This document shows positions 24,006-36,889 of a stretch of DNA of 64,000 nucleotides, one piece after another. The notes below the pieces were generated by a model that was given only the letters and a program-made list of their open reading frames with translations, did not search any database and was not told where the DNA came from. The stretch is from positions 2,336,001 through 2,400,000 of the forward strand of contig CBDBCZ010000017.1 of the NCBI GenBank assembly GCA_965203295.1, written 5' to 3'. Origin of the DNA: Nitrospirales bacterium. GTDB lineage: Bacteria; Nitrospirota; Nitrospiria; Nitrospirales; UBA8639. Within the stretch, counting starts at the first letter, position 1. The number at the start of each line of letters is the position of its first letter. A program made the position numbers and the translations under genes.

Positions 24006-25566
24006 GCAAAGCGCTGGTGGTATGGAGATCCTTTATTACAAATTTATGTATCAATGTAAGCGTAGTGTACGTAAGAATTTTTTGTCACTTCTATATATGC
24101 AGTTGGCTAATTGAAGAGGTCATCCATTGTTTAGCTACATGATGGAAGAGTTTATTCACTTTGCCTCTGTTAGAGATATGTCAATGATTAGCTATTGTTC
24201 ATGTTGTAGTTGTAACCATGCTCAAAGATGCTTTAGGCCCTTTCCTGTTTTCTTGTACATAGACTTCTGACTCCTCATTTTCCCTTGTCCTTGCCACCTG
24301 TTCTTGTGCCACCTTTCTATGGAACATTCTAGAACTCTCTTCTTTTCTATATATAGTGTCTCTTTTTGCCACTGTGTAGTTGTTCAGTTGTTCAGTCTTC
24401 ACGATTACTATTGGAATGTTACTGAGAAGTTGGTGTACCTATCTACTCTGCGCATCGTTAATCTACTGAAAGCATGCGTCCCTGGCTAATTCAACTAGTC
24501 AGCGTTTGACCCGAGAAAAAACTCTACCAAAACAGCCTCAGGTACGTGCTGTCGATACTTAAACCTTGCTCTGCGCTGGTTTACGCTTGTATATATGTAC
24601 GTACGTATAGTGACTCATCTTGTGCTTGGATAAAGTGGGTACGTTGAGTCATACTCTATGTCGGGTTATGGCCGTTGCATAGTAAAAACATTGCATTTCC
24701 AGGTTTTGAAGACAAATTAGATATTTAATAATTGCATACGCATGTAACGTTACACCTGTTTGTGTACTAATGTTTGCTTGTTCGAGATGAACTCCTAATT
24801 CACAATTATTTAAACCTTACAGTTAAAACCTTATAGTGTACCTCTACTGCAGCAGTGCTGGAAATCGTATCTATTGCAGCAGTAACTGTGCAGTACTTCT
24901 TGCATGTGTTGGTCAAGCCCTCAACTATTAGGTTATTGATATGAAGGGTATACGTGTACCTATAGCATGCTGGTCTTTTACTCTTTGTTCTTCAGACCTT
25001 GCCAAGCTAGACCAACAGTGGCTTGATAATGAGCTACAGTTCCCAGTCTACCTCTCTCACTTTCAATTCTCTTGGGGGAAGATGGACCAAGATGATGATT
25101 GCAGAAAGGTACACCAAAACCCTCTGTGTGTACTACTAAAGTTATCACTATTTTGGGAGGTATATAGGTTTGTATATACCAGATCTCCATGCAGACCTTT
25201 TTTGCAACCATATGAACAAAACGAACATTATTCTGTCTCATTGATCGCATCACTGCATTTGAAATGTGATGTCTCTGAACTTCCGTATATACACCGAAGG
25301 TTATATGCGGTGCGTGGTTGCATAGATAGTTGCTGCATTTATTGAGCCCCACCAGTATGACACCTGTTCTCTATCACACACGGTCTTTTTATTCACATAG
25401 ATGTGGCATACAGTGGCTCAAAAAATTATGTTTATACAAACCTTCCTGTTGTTTTGCGGGCACGGCAGTGTGTTCCTCTCCCATGTAGAGCTAGGCCGCA
25501 AAGTACAATATCATGTGTTGTTTGACAAGGTGTATGTTAGTAAGACAGACAGCACATGGCACAATC

Positions 25567-25881
25567 AAGTTGCTCACGAATCACAAGGGATATTGACGTT
25601 GCATATATAGCTGCTGCACTGTATTGTCAGCAGAAGTGTAAGAATATACATGTGCTATCGATTATGAGTACACTACGAATAGAAGGGATCTGTGGTAGAC
25701 AGTCATTTATTTCATTCTGGTCAATTAAGTTGCTCACGAATCACAAGGGATATTGACGTTGCATATATAGCTGCTGCACTGTATTGTCAGCAGAAGTGTA
25801 AGAATATACATGTGCTATCGATTATGAGTACACTACGAATAGAAGGGATCTGTGGTAGACAGTCATTTATTTCATTCTGGT
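25567..25881 (+). repeat. Near-perfect 160-bp tandem duplication
   Basis: AAGTTGCTCACGAATCAC starts at 25567 and 25727. Confidence 0.95.
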
Positions 25882-25924
25882 GTGTTGTGGCTGCCTTACA
25901 TACATGTCAATTGCTGACATTTCA

Positions 25925-26318
25925 TGTCTAAAAAACCAGCCGGGCACCTTTCCCGTACAATACACGCAACTCAGCTTAGGCCAAGCTACCTGCTGCTATA
26001 GAATGCGGTACAGCAAAAGTGCTGACTCAGCAGTTTCGGTGTGCGCCTCCAGTTAGTAGCTATACCCCATGAAAACGGGATCTTTAAGGCTGCCTACCAA
26101 GTTTTCGCCATCTAGGCAACACACAACTCATTTGCTGTAGCTTAGTCTGCAATCCTCCAAAAGTTGCTATACACTGCAGTTGCATAGTAACATATGACGT
26201 AATATATTGCGCACGTAATAAGTGTGGACACACAAACAAACAAACACACAGACACGGAAAACGTAAAGCAATCTTAGGACCAGCCGTTCGTGCGCTGCGT
26301 GCGCTCCAGCTGGTAAAA
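25925..26318 (-). mobile_element. HINE-like repeat with (GTTT/GTCT)n; dispersed family
   Basis: TTTTACCAGC...GGCTGGTCCTAAGATTGCTTTACG start then microsatellite; relatives at ~12440, ~33420-33840, ~36310-36480, ~52530, ~53018. Confidence 0.6.
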
Positions 26319-27483
26319 ATTAGACCACCAAGTAGCCTAAGAATACCTAGTCTCAGGTCAAGCTTTGTGATGTAGTATGACATCAGCAATACATGCACTT
26401 GTAGATATGGTACTCTGCACCTGAAGAAACTGATGCATGTTAATGTCATGATGAACCCCTTCAGTCAGCAACTGGGAGTTTCTTGGAAGTCACTGTTGAT
26501 GCTATTCATCATTAGGCATAGACGTGCACTCAGAGGATACAGGGATTTGTCCTAGGGGGTCCTCAAAATTGCTCATCAATGGGGGTGATCCTTATTAACT
26601 GGAACAGCCCAATCTTGTAATTCATCTTTTTATTCTAATGTAGGAGATTGTCTGGACGTTTTGTTGATGAGATTTGCCAGGCCCCTCTTCTACCTAGATG
26701 TACATCAGCTCTGGGCTGAAAACCAAAAAGGTAACTATACCTTTGCACTTGCCATGTAGTGTGTACACATTTTACAGCATGTTAGTGTAAGTCAATTGTC
26801 TTGACAGTGTGTGTGTAATTTAAATCGGTTAAGTGTTTATATATGGAACTACATGTAGCACTGCTTTACAATTAACTTAGTGCAAGTTACAACGTAATTA
26901 ACACATCGCAGAAAAAAACGGTAACCTATTTGGCAGAGAGTGGCCATGCAATTTACATTCATGTTTGTGTTCGCATTTGCGTTCATGTGCATGTTCATAT
27001 TCACAATGCGATTCACGTTCGCCCTTTCCTAATATTTGTATGGTGGCTGAGAGTATGTCCATTTACTAACTTAATAGTTATGTACATGTACTAAGTAAGT
27101 AAAGTATGTAGATTGATATAATTTTGGACTAGGTGAACTATCATCCGCATACGTAGCTCATTGTGGTCATGCAGCCGTGACGGTATGAGCTCATTCAGTG
27201 ATGATTCTGCACAATCGTAGATGCAGGTTCTTTCGCTGTGTCGTCAGTGCTGAAAGATACTCCCAATTTCTCCAACATGGCATGTACTTGTCCGGCCTGT
27301 AAGCTTACAAATGGCAAGCCTGATGTCACTTCCTGTTCCCCTAGTGCATTTTCTATCACTGGCTCTATAGTGACGTCACCAAGGTCTTTGCATAAACTCC
27401 TGATGTGTATATCATGTGTCATACTAGGCGTCCTTTGAGTTCAGGATATAGTGCACTCAGGAATAGATGACAACATACACGTA

Positions 27484-28083
27484 CCGTAAACTCTGATAAA
27501 TAACCGGGGGCGGTTATAATTAGAATTAGCAGCCTCAATGGGCGGTTACTTTTACATGGGCGGCTATAATCACAGATCGGTTATTTTTGCAAAACTGTTT
27601 AATAGCGTGGCAGATTTACAGAAACACCCCCCACGTTGAGATCAGCCCGGTAGATGTGAGGTAGGAAGCCTTCAGGCAGGCAAGCTGAACGAGCTCCATA
27701 GCGTTTACGTTAGCTACCGTAGCTTAGTCTCGCTCCCAGAACCCTCCACTAACCGTAGCTAGAGTCTTCTCGCTACAACTAACGCCGACTTCTTGGTTTT
27801 CACAGTCTGATTCTCGTCGCTATTCTGTACGGTCGTGTTGTTCTACTACGTACACTGTATATTAGCTGCAAGGTCTGCTTGCTAAACATTCACACGTGTA
27901 AGCGCTATTAATTTTACCGATTCAATTTCCTGCCTGGGCTGCACGTGAAAATTATGGGCGCCGGGGCGGTTATGTTTACATAGACGGTTTTACACGCGAG
28001 TAAACTGTTGTTGCAGTAAATTGATCGGTTATACTAGAGGGGCGGTTACCTTTAAGGGGGCGGTTATTTATCAGATTTTACGG
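27484..28083. mobile_element. MITE, Tc1/mariner-pogo type
   Basis: TIR CCGTAAA(C/A)TCTGATAAATAACCG; TA flanks; internal GGCGGTTA repeats. Confidence 0.88.
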
Positions 28084-30814
28084 TATTTCACTATCTTCAA
28101 AAGCCGCAGCTACTACTGTGGTCATTGATTCTGCATTGTAGACTAACATGGACAGGTTGTTCCACTTAACATGTACATGTTATGTTATTATAATGCAGTA
28201 GATTGCACGAGGTGAGAAAATGCCAGCAGAGTGTTTAAGGGTAGCTACTGTAGTACAATCGTACTCTGTACAAGCAGTTGTTCGCAGAATGCATTTGGTT
28301 CTGGCCAAATTATTGACTCTGCTGGAGCAGGTACATTAATTTCAGGTGCTGTCAATGCACACACACATCCATACATGGCCTTAATAGGCGTATTTTACTG
28401 CATGCCTCTGTGGTGGATTGAGTTGGGTGGGATCTCGTTAATGTTTGCATTCATTAATATACTTCAGCTGCCAGTTACATGTACATGTACTCTGCAGCTG
28501 CGTTCGACACATCTATTAATTGTATCACTTGTGCATACATGCATGGTATTCCATGCAAAGGGTCTCGGGAACTGCTGAGTGATATTACGTATGTATCAAC
28601 ACATTGCTAGGCTCTGCCCAGTGCAAGCTGCTTAGCAACCATTGTCTTCCTGATCAGCCAGAATGACAGTTGTCACTGGACGTCCTGCCGCCCACTGATG
28701 CTCAATCCTTTCTTTGCTACCACTATTTTTGTATCATTGCACATGTAGCACTATTCACTGGCTATTAAAGAATGAAACTTTTGTTTCAATTTCAGTTAGC
28801 CAACTTAATTGAAAATAGAACACTGTTAGTATTAGTTTACCATAATAAATGGGTTGATTTTGCTGAAAAAAACAACATAAGTTGTAGTTTATTCCCAGTA
28901 CTTTTGAATTCTACATTAGTTTTAGTAATTAACTAAGTCTGTTTTGGTTCAACTAGACGACCTTTGTTTTCAGTTTCAGTTAACTAAATCATCACTACTA
29001 CTTACCCCTATCCATGTGCAGAAGTAATTGCTCCACAAGCTCTTTCTCTTTATATTCAGATTGTATTCCTACCAACATCGGTCATCCTAGATCACATACT
29101 GTGGCTTATTGGACTACAGTGGCTGCAGGTCAGTTTCTATTATGTTAAATACAGGTTTTGTGAATGTCTGCTCAAGAATTAACTCATTGCACGCGACCAT
29201 GTTTTCACACGGGAGATTAGCCTTTGCGTCATAAATTATTAAAGTGTACTAAGCGTATTAGTGTAGCAATTGATTAACTTTTTCGCTAACCGTGTCAAGG
29301 AAGTGGCAGATTCTCTGTTTTTTTTTTTTCAAAGACTGTTGGCCACAGCTATTCAGCACATAAGGGCTGCTGATTGGACCATAAAAGCCTCTTCAGGATC
29401 GATCACAAGGTTCATGGTATTTTATATTTCCAATACAGCAATATTGAAAACGAAGTCTGTGCACTCTAGCAGCAAAGCAAAACAGTCCAACTGACTCCCT
29501 GACTGTCTCCAGAAGCAAGATTGTCAAAGCTACCACTGGCACTGACTCTAGTGTCCAATTAACTCTGTAATTAATTATGTAGCTTGCCATAGTTGGCGAT
29601 CATTCATTGCCTGCCAATTTTGCCATGTATGAGGGGTTATTTTACGGTTACATCACTGATTAAAGGTGTGGCCAAAAGACACTGTAGCCGTAGGGAGGGG
29701 CTTTCCCTTCGCCAAAGGCCGGCACACACGAGCAAGTCTGCAAAAACCTATAAATAGGCGTTTCGCTTACATTGTAGACTAATTACACTATGTGTGCCTA
29801 TATATATATATATAATCACGCCACATGCAATCTGTTAGGTGCTTTATAACTGCTGCAATAAACATGCTTATTACATTTCTGTGCTTTTAAGTCCCTCTGC
29901 TAGAGGGAGATACAGGTTAGACTCTGTGTAGTGATCAATCTGCCTTTCTGTAGATTGATGAAAGTACACCTGCAACAGGGGACCTGGTTGCTGGTAGCAG
30001 TCTCACTCGGGAACAGTGCCAGCTAATAAGAGAGACTACCCAACAACTCCTCAGCAGAGGTTAGCAACTTCCATCTGTTGTGTACAACATAGCACATGCA
30101 CACATGTGAAAGTTTGTGGTCATGTGTAAATGGTCTATGTCATATGGAGGACAGTGTAGGAATTGTTTTACGAATTTGAAGACTCTACAAACACTGAGGC
30201 CTCAACAGAGGGCTTTATGGCAGCAGCTTGCAGCAAGCCTTTGAACACTGTTTAATTCAGTCGTGTGCGTTAAGCTGAATAATGTTCACCTTTTCAGCTT
30301 CTAGTTATTTGTATACCTCCCCATGAATTGCAACCTTGCCAAGGCCCTCTGATGAGTCAATAGAAAAAACTACGTGTTTTGATTGTTTCCCAAATATGCC
30401 ATTGTTTCTGTAGTTGAACTAATTTTTGAGCATCACCGGATGGATGTAGATACACTCTCAGTAAACAACTGAGATGTTAAGTAGTAGCTGATGATTGGCC
30501 ACCATGTGTGTTTGGGTGTGCTAGTGCTATACATATTACTGGAAGTGGGTGAGGCCTGCAATCAATACTACAAACCCTTCACACTTTGAGTTGAAAGATT
30601 TCACCAATTTGTGTACATTGTAACAGACATGTAGGTATGTATGTACATTTTCCACTTTGGGAATCAAACATTAAACCATGAAGGGTAGAACCATTTACCT
30701 CTAATTATTCGGTTTTTCTAATTATCTGAATGCATTACTGTGTTTGCTCTGATTCACCTATAAATCATTTTTTAACCATTCTATGATTACACAATAGACA
30801 TTGCTATAACACTT

Positions 30815-31090
30815 CAACCGAACACTGCCTACTTTTGTCGCAGTGTCCACTCATTGTGAACCCATCCATTCGCTGATTGAACCAAGTATTCAGTAGAGGC
30901 AACGAATGCTCATTGAACCACTGTCTGAGCACTGCCATTTCCTGACTGAACATACATGTAGCTGTTCGCTGACGGAACACTGCTGTTTATCACCCAAATA
31001 CAGTGTTCATGTACCCAACACAACCGTCACCAACTAAACACAGCCTTTCACCAACTGAACACAGCTGTTTGTGAACTAAACACAGCCCTC
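30815..31090 (+). repeat. Degenerate short tandem repeat (ACTGAACACAGC-like)
   Basis: Recurring ACT(G/A)AACAC(A/T)GC motifs. Confidence 0.45.
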
Positions 31091-33087
31091 GCTTGCCGAT
31101 TGCTGCTGATCTTTTACGTAGATGTGACACATTCCATAGCAAACTGCTCTAATTTGCCCAATGCTTAGAAAATTTTCAATGCATTCTAATTTACAAAACT
31201 TGTCAAAACGAATGTTTTTGGCTATATGGAAAAACTTCCATCAAAATGAGTTGACATGTGCAACTTATTTCATCATAATTATAAATATACCCACTCCACT
31301 GTTGGATACTTGTGATACTGTGGTTCTCAAGATTATTGGTTGTGTCTGTCAATTTTTTTGTTTTTGCTTCAGCCACATACAGCAATACCTGCAGCTTAAA
31401 AGTGCTTGCAGTACTTCCTCAACACGTTGGGAAAACTCTTAAGCTCAGAGGGTTTCAGCAAGCATGTGTGAGTGCCCATCACTGATTGCCAAATTGTATA
31501 TCTGAATAGCGAGAAGATTTATTTTATTTTCCCACTATTCGATACATAATTATTGAGGTCTTAAGTTCTGTGCAGTGGAATGCTTTCAGTACAAGGGCGT
31601 AACTGGAAAATACTCCATGTACTCAATTGTTAACAGCCAGACTTTGATCTAAACAACCAAATCAAATTTCAATTAACACCGTTTCTGTGATGACATTAAT
31701 TTACAATCAGTGAAAAAGCTGCTAATGGCGCTATCACAACCTGGATAGCAAAACAAACTACCACATGGCTTTGTGGGATTAAAAGACTCTTTTCCTGCAA
31801 TCATTGCTAGATAAGGACAACTAAACATGTCATAAATCCAAAACAAGAGCATCACTGTATAAGTGCAGAACAAAGGGCACAGTATTGGATGGTACAATCA
31901 GGGTAACTACGTGTATGCTTTTCCCAACTACTAACTGCTCTACAGTTGAGCAAACTACTGTATAGTCATGGATTTTCCTACTAGTATTTTTACCAGCTGG
32001 CCAGTTCTTATACATACATCGTGTATATCTGGTTTATACAGTATATACGTATATGTATTTATGAGGCATTTTCATTATGCTGTAAGCATAGTTCTTCTCC
32101 ATTGTCATAGGTTGATGGCTGTGACAATGTACGTGTGGCATTAGTGTCCACCATTCCTGCTGTTCTGACATCTGTAGAGAAAGAAATGACATCGACACTG
32201 TTTGCATCTGTAATGTAAAGCTGATATGGGAAGCAGATGAGAGGAAATTCTTGTGTAGTTAGTGACTGCATGCATAGACCCTACTTAGGAGCAAGACACG
32301 TCATCAAAATATGAATAATCTCTGAGGAGAATAGTAATTTGACTCATATGTTTTCAAGTTTATTTTAGGTGGCCCAATTGTACTATGTATGTCTGATACA
32401 TTCCATTTATGCTCCTTGCTGAGATGGTATGCGTAATATATATTTTTCTTTCTCTCCAGTAATATGTAATATGAAATAGGAAACTAGCGAACTGCAGCTG
32501 ATTTTAGCCAAGGAGCTACCCAGCGTTGTGTTTGCAGTGTCAAGACAGGATGTGCCACGGTACTGAGGTGCAGTGCAATGTTTCAGAGCTGTAGTTTTAA
32601 TTTAGAATTTAGAACGGGTGAGTTTTTAATCTCTCTCTTGCCACTTTATTGTAGTCATGTTCACTATAGGGTTGTAGGTGAGTGATTGCCTCCATAGAGC
32701 CCTAACATTATTCAAGCAGAAACTTTATACACTCTCAAGTTATCATATTTTATTCCATAGGGACAGTGTAATTTGGCAAGTTTACGTAGACTCATAGAAT
32801 ATGAGACAGTAACTGTTGATAATTTTAAAATGTGACATAAGTATTGCATAATCCTTACATTTATGTGATGCCCTTGCAGATGACTCTTCTGTGATTAGTT
32901 CCCCTTGCATACCTTTGTTCACCAATGAGTGTCAGCAAGTTCGGAATGCTATCAGGTACTACATGTACATAATCATAGCTTCACTTGACATACGTAGTAT
33001 CTTTTGATCTAAGCCTGTGTATGTACATTCTGCAAGGTAGCAGTATAACAAGAAATGGAATATTTTAATGTTAATACAAATTATATT

Positions 33088-34880
33088 TGTCAGATTATAA
33101 ACTATTTGTAGGTATGTATCTTTTAAATGTCAAGTGTATTATTTGTAGCTGTTTTTCTTCACAGGTTCACAGAATAGCAAAAGCTCATACACTAACCCCT
33201 GGGAAGATGCTGTCCCTGTTCAAGGACAATGTTTGTCAGGTGCATTAACTTGTAGGCCTTGTCTGCTATTGGATATGGCCTTAACTGGGAATCTTGGTAC
33301 ATGTTTTGCAGTTTCTTGTGGAGGTACTACATCAGAAGAAGGGTTTCATTTTGAAGGCAGACAAAAAAGGACCATTCTTTCAGGTGCGTGTGTAGACTTC
33401 CTCATGTTGTGAAATGGCATGATGCACAGCGCGCGAATGGCTGGTACTAAGATTGCTTTACGTTTTCTGTCTGTTTGTTTGTTTGTTTGTCTGTTTGTGC
33501 GTCCGCACTTATCACATGCGCCATATATTGCATCATACGTTACTATGCAACTGTAGTGTATAGCAGCTTTTGGAGGTTTGCAGGCCAAGCTACAGCAAAT
33601 GGAGGTAGTTTTGTGTTGCCTAGATGGCGAAAATGTGGTGGGTATCCGTAAAGATCCTGGTTTCTTGGCACATAGCTACTAACTGGAGGTGCATGATGAA
33701 ACTGCTGAGCCAGCACTTTCGCTGTACCACTCTAGTATCTCCGGCTCTACAGCTGTAGTTAAATAGCTTGGCCTAAGCTGAGTTGTGTGTATTGTACGGA
33801 AAAGGCGTCCAGCTGGTTTATTTAGACATGAACTATCAGACTTGTTTTTGTTTTTAGAATTGGTTTAGGGCATTTTTTTTGTACGTGGGTTGTTATATCT
33901 GAAATTGGAATACTACAATAAATTAATTATATGGCGATAAGGATGGTAATGGTGAGACATCTGGTTGCTCTTGCTCTTGTCCTCTGACTGGAGATCTTTC
34001 AAGCTCCGCCTGCGTATGTGGGTGCGTGGTCAATGGCGTATGCGCTACGGCAGCAACATGAGTATATTTATTTATTTAATTAGCGGCAGTAATTGAACAA
34101 AACAGTGATACACACACCCCAGGTAACAAATCAATAACAAGGTTTAGCTGTCTACAGTATATTCCAAAGCTGCTTTTTCTATGCTATTTGTAGTCTGTTC
34201 TATGATAATAGCCATTTTGTAAACCTTCGTAACTTCTTGACAGCATACTGAAATAAATCTTCCTCGGTATTAAATCTTGAAAATTTACTGTTAGTGTGCT
34301 GCATCAAGTACATTTATTGAAGTTATATTGACTGTGAATATAATCTCTTATCCAGAGTCCAAGATCACTACTTGTGGAGTGTTTTAAATACATCTTTTTG
34401 CATCTCGTTTGTAATGGGCAGCAAACAGACCTCAACATTGCATCCAGATTTTTGAAGGTTTTGCAGACGTGTGTACATGTATATGTGTATGCGAGTGTAC
34501 GTATGTGTATAGCCTTTGATTATCAGTTATATAAATACAACCAGAGCATATTAGTAGAGCTCAGGTATTGTAAATGTTTTGAATACAGAAAGGGAAAGTT
34601 AATTTGTAACATAGTTTGACACCCATCTTCCACTTTCAGTCTGAGGGAGACTTTGAGATGACCACTCTGCTTCGATCAGATGTGAAGAATGTCCTCAATC
34701 TCCTACTACTCCACTTGAGCACTCACAGGGAGAGAGTACTGGCTGGGATAAAGATGCTTGCAGAGATGAACCAGTTGGCTGGAGAGGAGAAACCACTGCA
34801 AATGGACAGTGAGAAGCAGATGGTGAGTTAGGATAACATTGCATTGTCTTGACTATGCCATCAGTGGAAGTGGTGTAGGA
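33088..34880 (+). repeat. Paralog of 8910-10685 (33088-33415 and 34408-34880)
   Basis: Shared intronic sequence and a duplicated ATR exon. Confidence 0.85.
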
Positions 34881-36889
34881 ATAGCCTCATTCCCAGGCCT
34901 CCGCACAGCTTTTATCGCTTGCAGTACAAAAAGCGTGGAAGGCCTGGAATATTTTATCATGTGAATGACGTTGAGGGTAGAGAGAGGGTAGCTTAGAGAG
35001 ACTTTAAATGAATGTGGGCGAAACTATAGCAACGTGCCCACGCAGAGCCAATTTATCAAGAAGAGTCACACTTCTTACTAATGTACTTAAGCAAGTACTT
35101 CTGATGGGCTTCCCTCATACCCTTTGTGCACTAAACAGCATTTACTGTTTAGTAACTGCTTGGACTGTCCAATGACAGCGTAATAGAAATGAGACAAGTA
35201 ATAGAAAACGTTTGTACAATGCCATGAACTTTATGTAATATTTTATAACCGTGGTAAGAGTTTGTGCCATCAGTTTCTTGCTGCCTTTTACAGATTGACG
35301 GAGAATTTGCTGTTGACCTTTTGGGAGAGCTAGTCCGAGCATACCTAGCAGCCAAGGACACCAGATCTCAGGTACCACATGTATACTAAGAGTATCAACA
35401 CCTTAAAACCACTAGGCCCTTAAGATTATTTAAGATGTTAATATAGAAAGGAAAGTAGGAAATCCTTTGTGATACCTATAACCTTTTTGCTTCACACCTG
35501 GCTTTGTATACTGTATAGCGCTTAAATTTCGTGGGTCTTTAATTTCACCAATTTCGCGAATTTGGAAAGAAATTTGTGTTTATGCATGGTTAGCTAATCG
35601 CATGAAACATGATAGGCACAATGCTCTGAACTTAGAACTTGGAGTTCTTCTCTATTGGCTAGTAGTATGGAGCTTCAGAAGTTCTTTTCTCTAGGCTTGG
35701 AGCACTATATATTGTGTACTGGTTGTTCCCTTTTCTTGTTGTGTTTTTGAATGCCTGCTCGTTGTACGGGATAAGTATGTATAACCTAGACAGCAATCTT
35801 TCTCTGAATATGCAGCATGACATCAGCCTTGCTCTGTATGTGTTACCACATGTCCTAACATGCCTGCTCAGGCAAGGATCACCTGCAGTACTTAAAGAGG
35901 TGTGTAAGTACATGTACGTACATGTGGAATGTGCATTACTTGCTGCTGCTTGTTCACCTCTGAATTATAATAATTATGGTCCTAAGTTTTAGCTACAACT
36001 TTAGGTTGATTTTTTAAAACCAAATGTAATACGGCTGGAAACCAATTCATTTTGGGTAGTCAATAGTTTGCAGGCCACAGTTGGCTCATATCTCAGTGCC
36101 ACTAGCATAGAAGTAGTATCTAGTGTGTTTTTATATTTTCCATCTGAAAAACCAGCTTGAAAATTTCAAATTAATCACCTGGGGCTTAGTTTAGCAGCAG
36201 GTAGGCCAAGCTAATTGCAGCTGTAGAAGACTGTCTGTCTCATCCTGTATAAACAGATAAATAATGGTCATGGAACACACAGTTCGGCAGCTCGGTAGTT
36301 GGTAGCTGTAACTTGCAAAAGCAGAATATCGTCCACTTTTTCGCCATCTGGACAGCACAAAACTATTATACTTACTTGCTGTTGCTTGGCCTACAAAACT
36401 CCAAAAGCTGCTAATAGACTGCAGTTGTATAGTGGTTTGTGACATACTATTGCACATGTGATAAATGTTGACACACAAGCAGGCAACATACATATGGGGA
36501 AAACATCTTAGCCCTGTCCCTGCAGCAGCTACCGTAGGACTAGTTGTAATTGCGTAGTGAAAACATTGCATATACAGTGCTCCAAAGTAAAAATGTCAAC
36601 TTTTTGATTTATAGACATTTTGCTTACAAGAATTAAAAATTTTGGCATGTTTCTACCTGTGATCGTTCATTAAACAAGTACATTACCTTTCCTTGCACAA
36701 AGTCTTGATAATAAAAGAGTTAAACGCACCCTCCGCATAGCGCTAATACAAATCCGCCATGTTCTTGTGACATCACGCAAAAATCGTGATATCACAACCA
36801 CGCTGAGGCGCGCGCACTCATATGATGTCATCGCTAGCCTTGCGCGTACGCGTGCACGTTCAAATTCCCCACGGATCGAGTTTCTTCCT

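Larger units (their letters stand above)
16757..29650 (+). repeat. Segmental duplication, copy A
   Basis: Near-identical to 55402-64000 apart from large indels. Confidence 0.95.

Noticed and set aside
30345..30375. CTGATGAGTCAATAGAAAAAAC hammerhead-like string
   Set aside because: Stem II partner and the GAAA-preceding bases are not intact; no flanking stems found.
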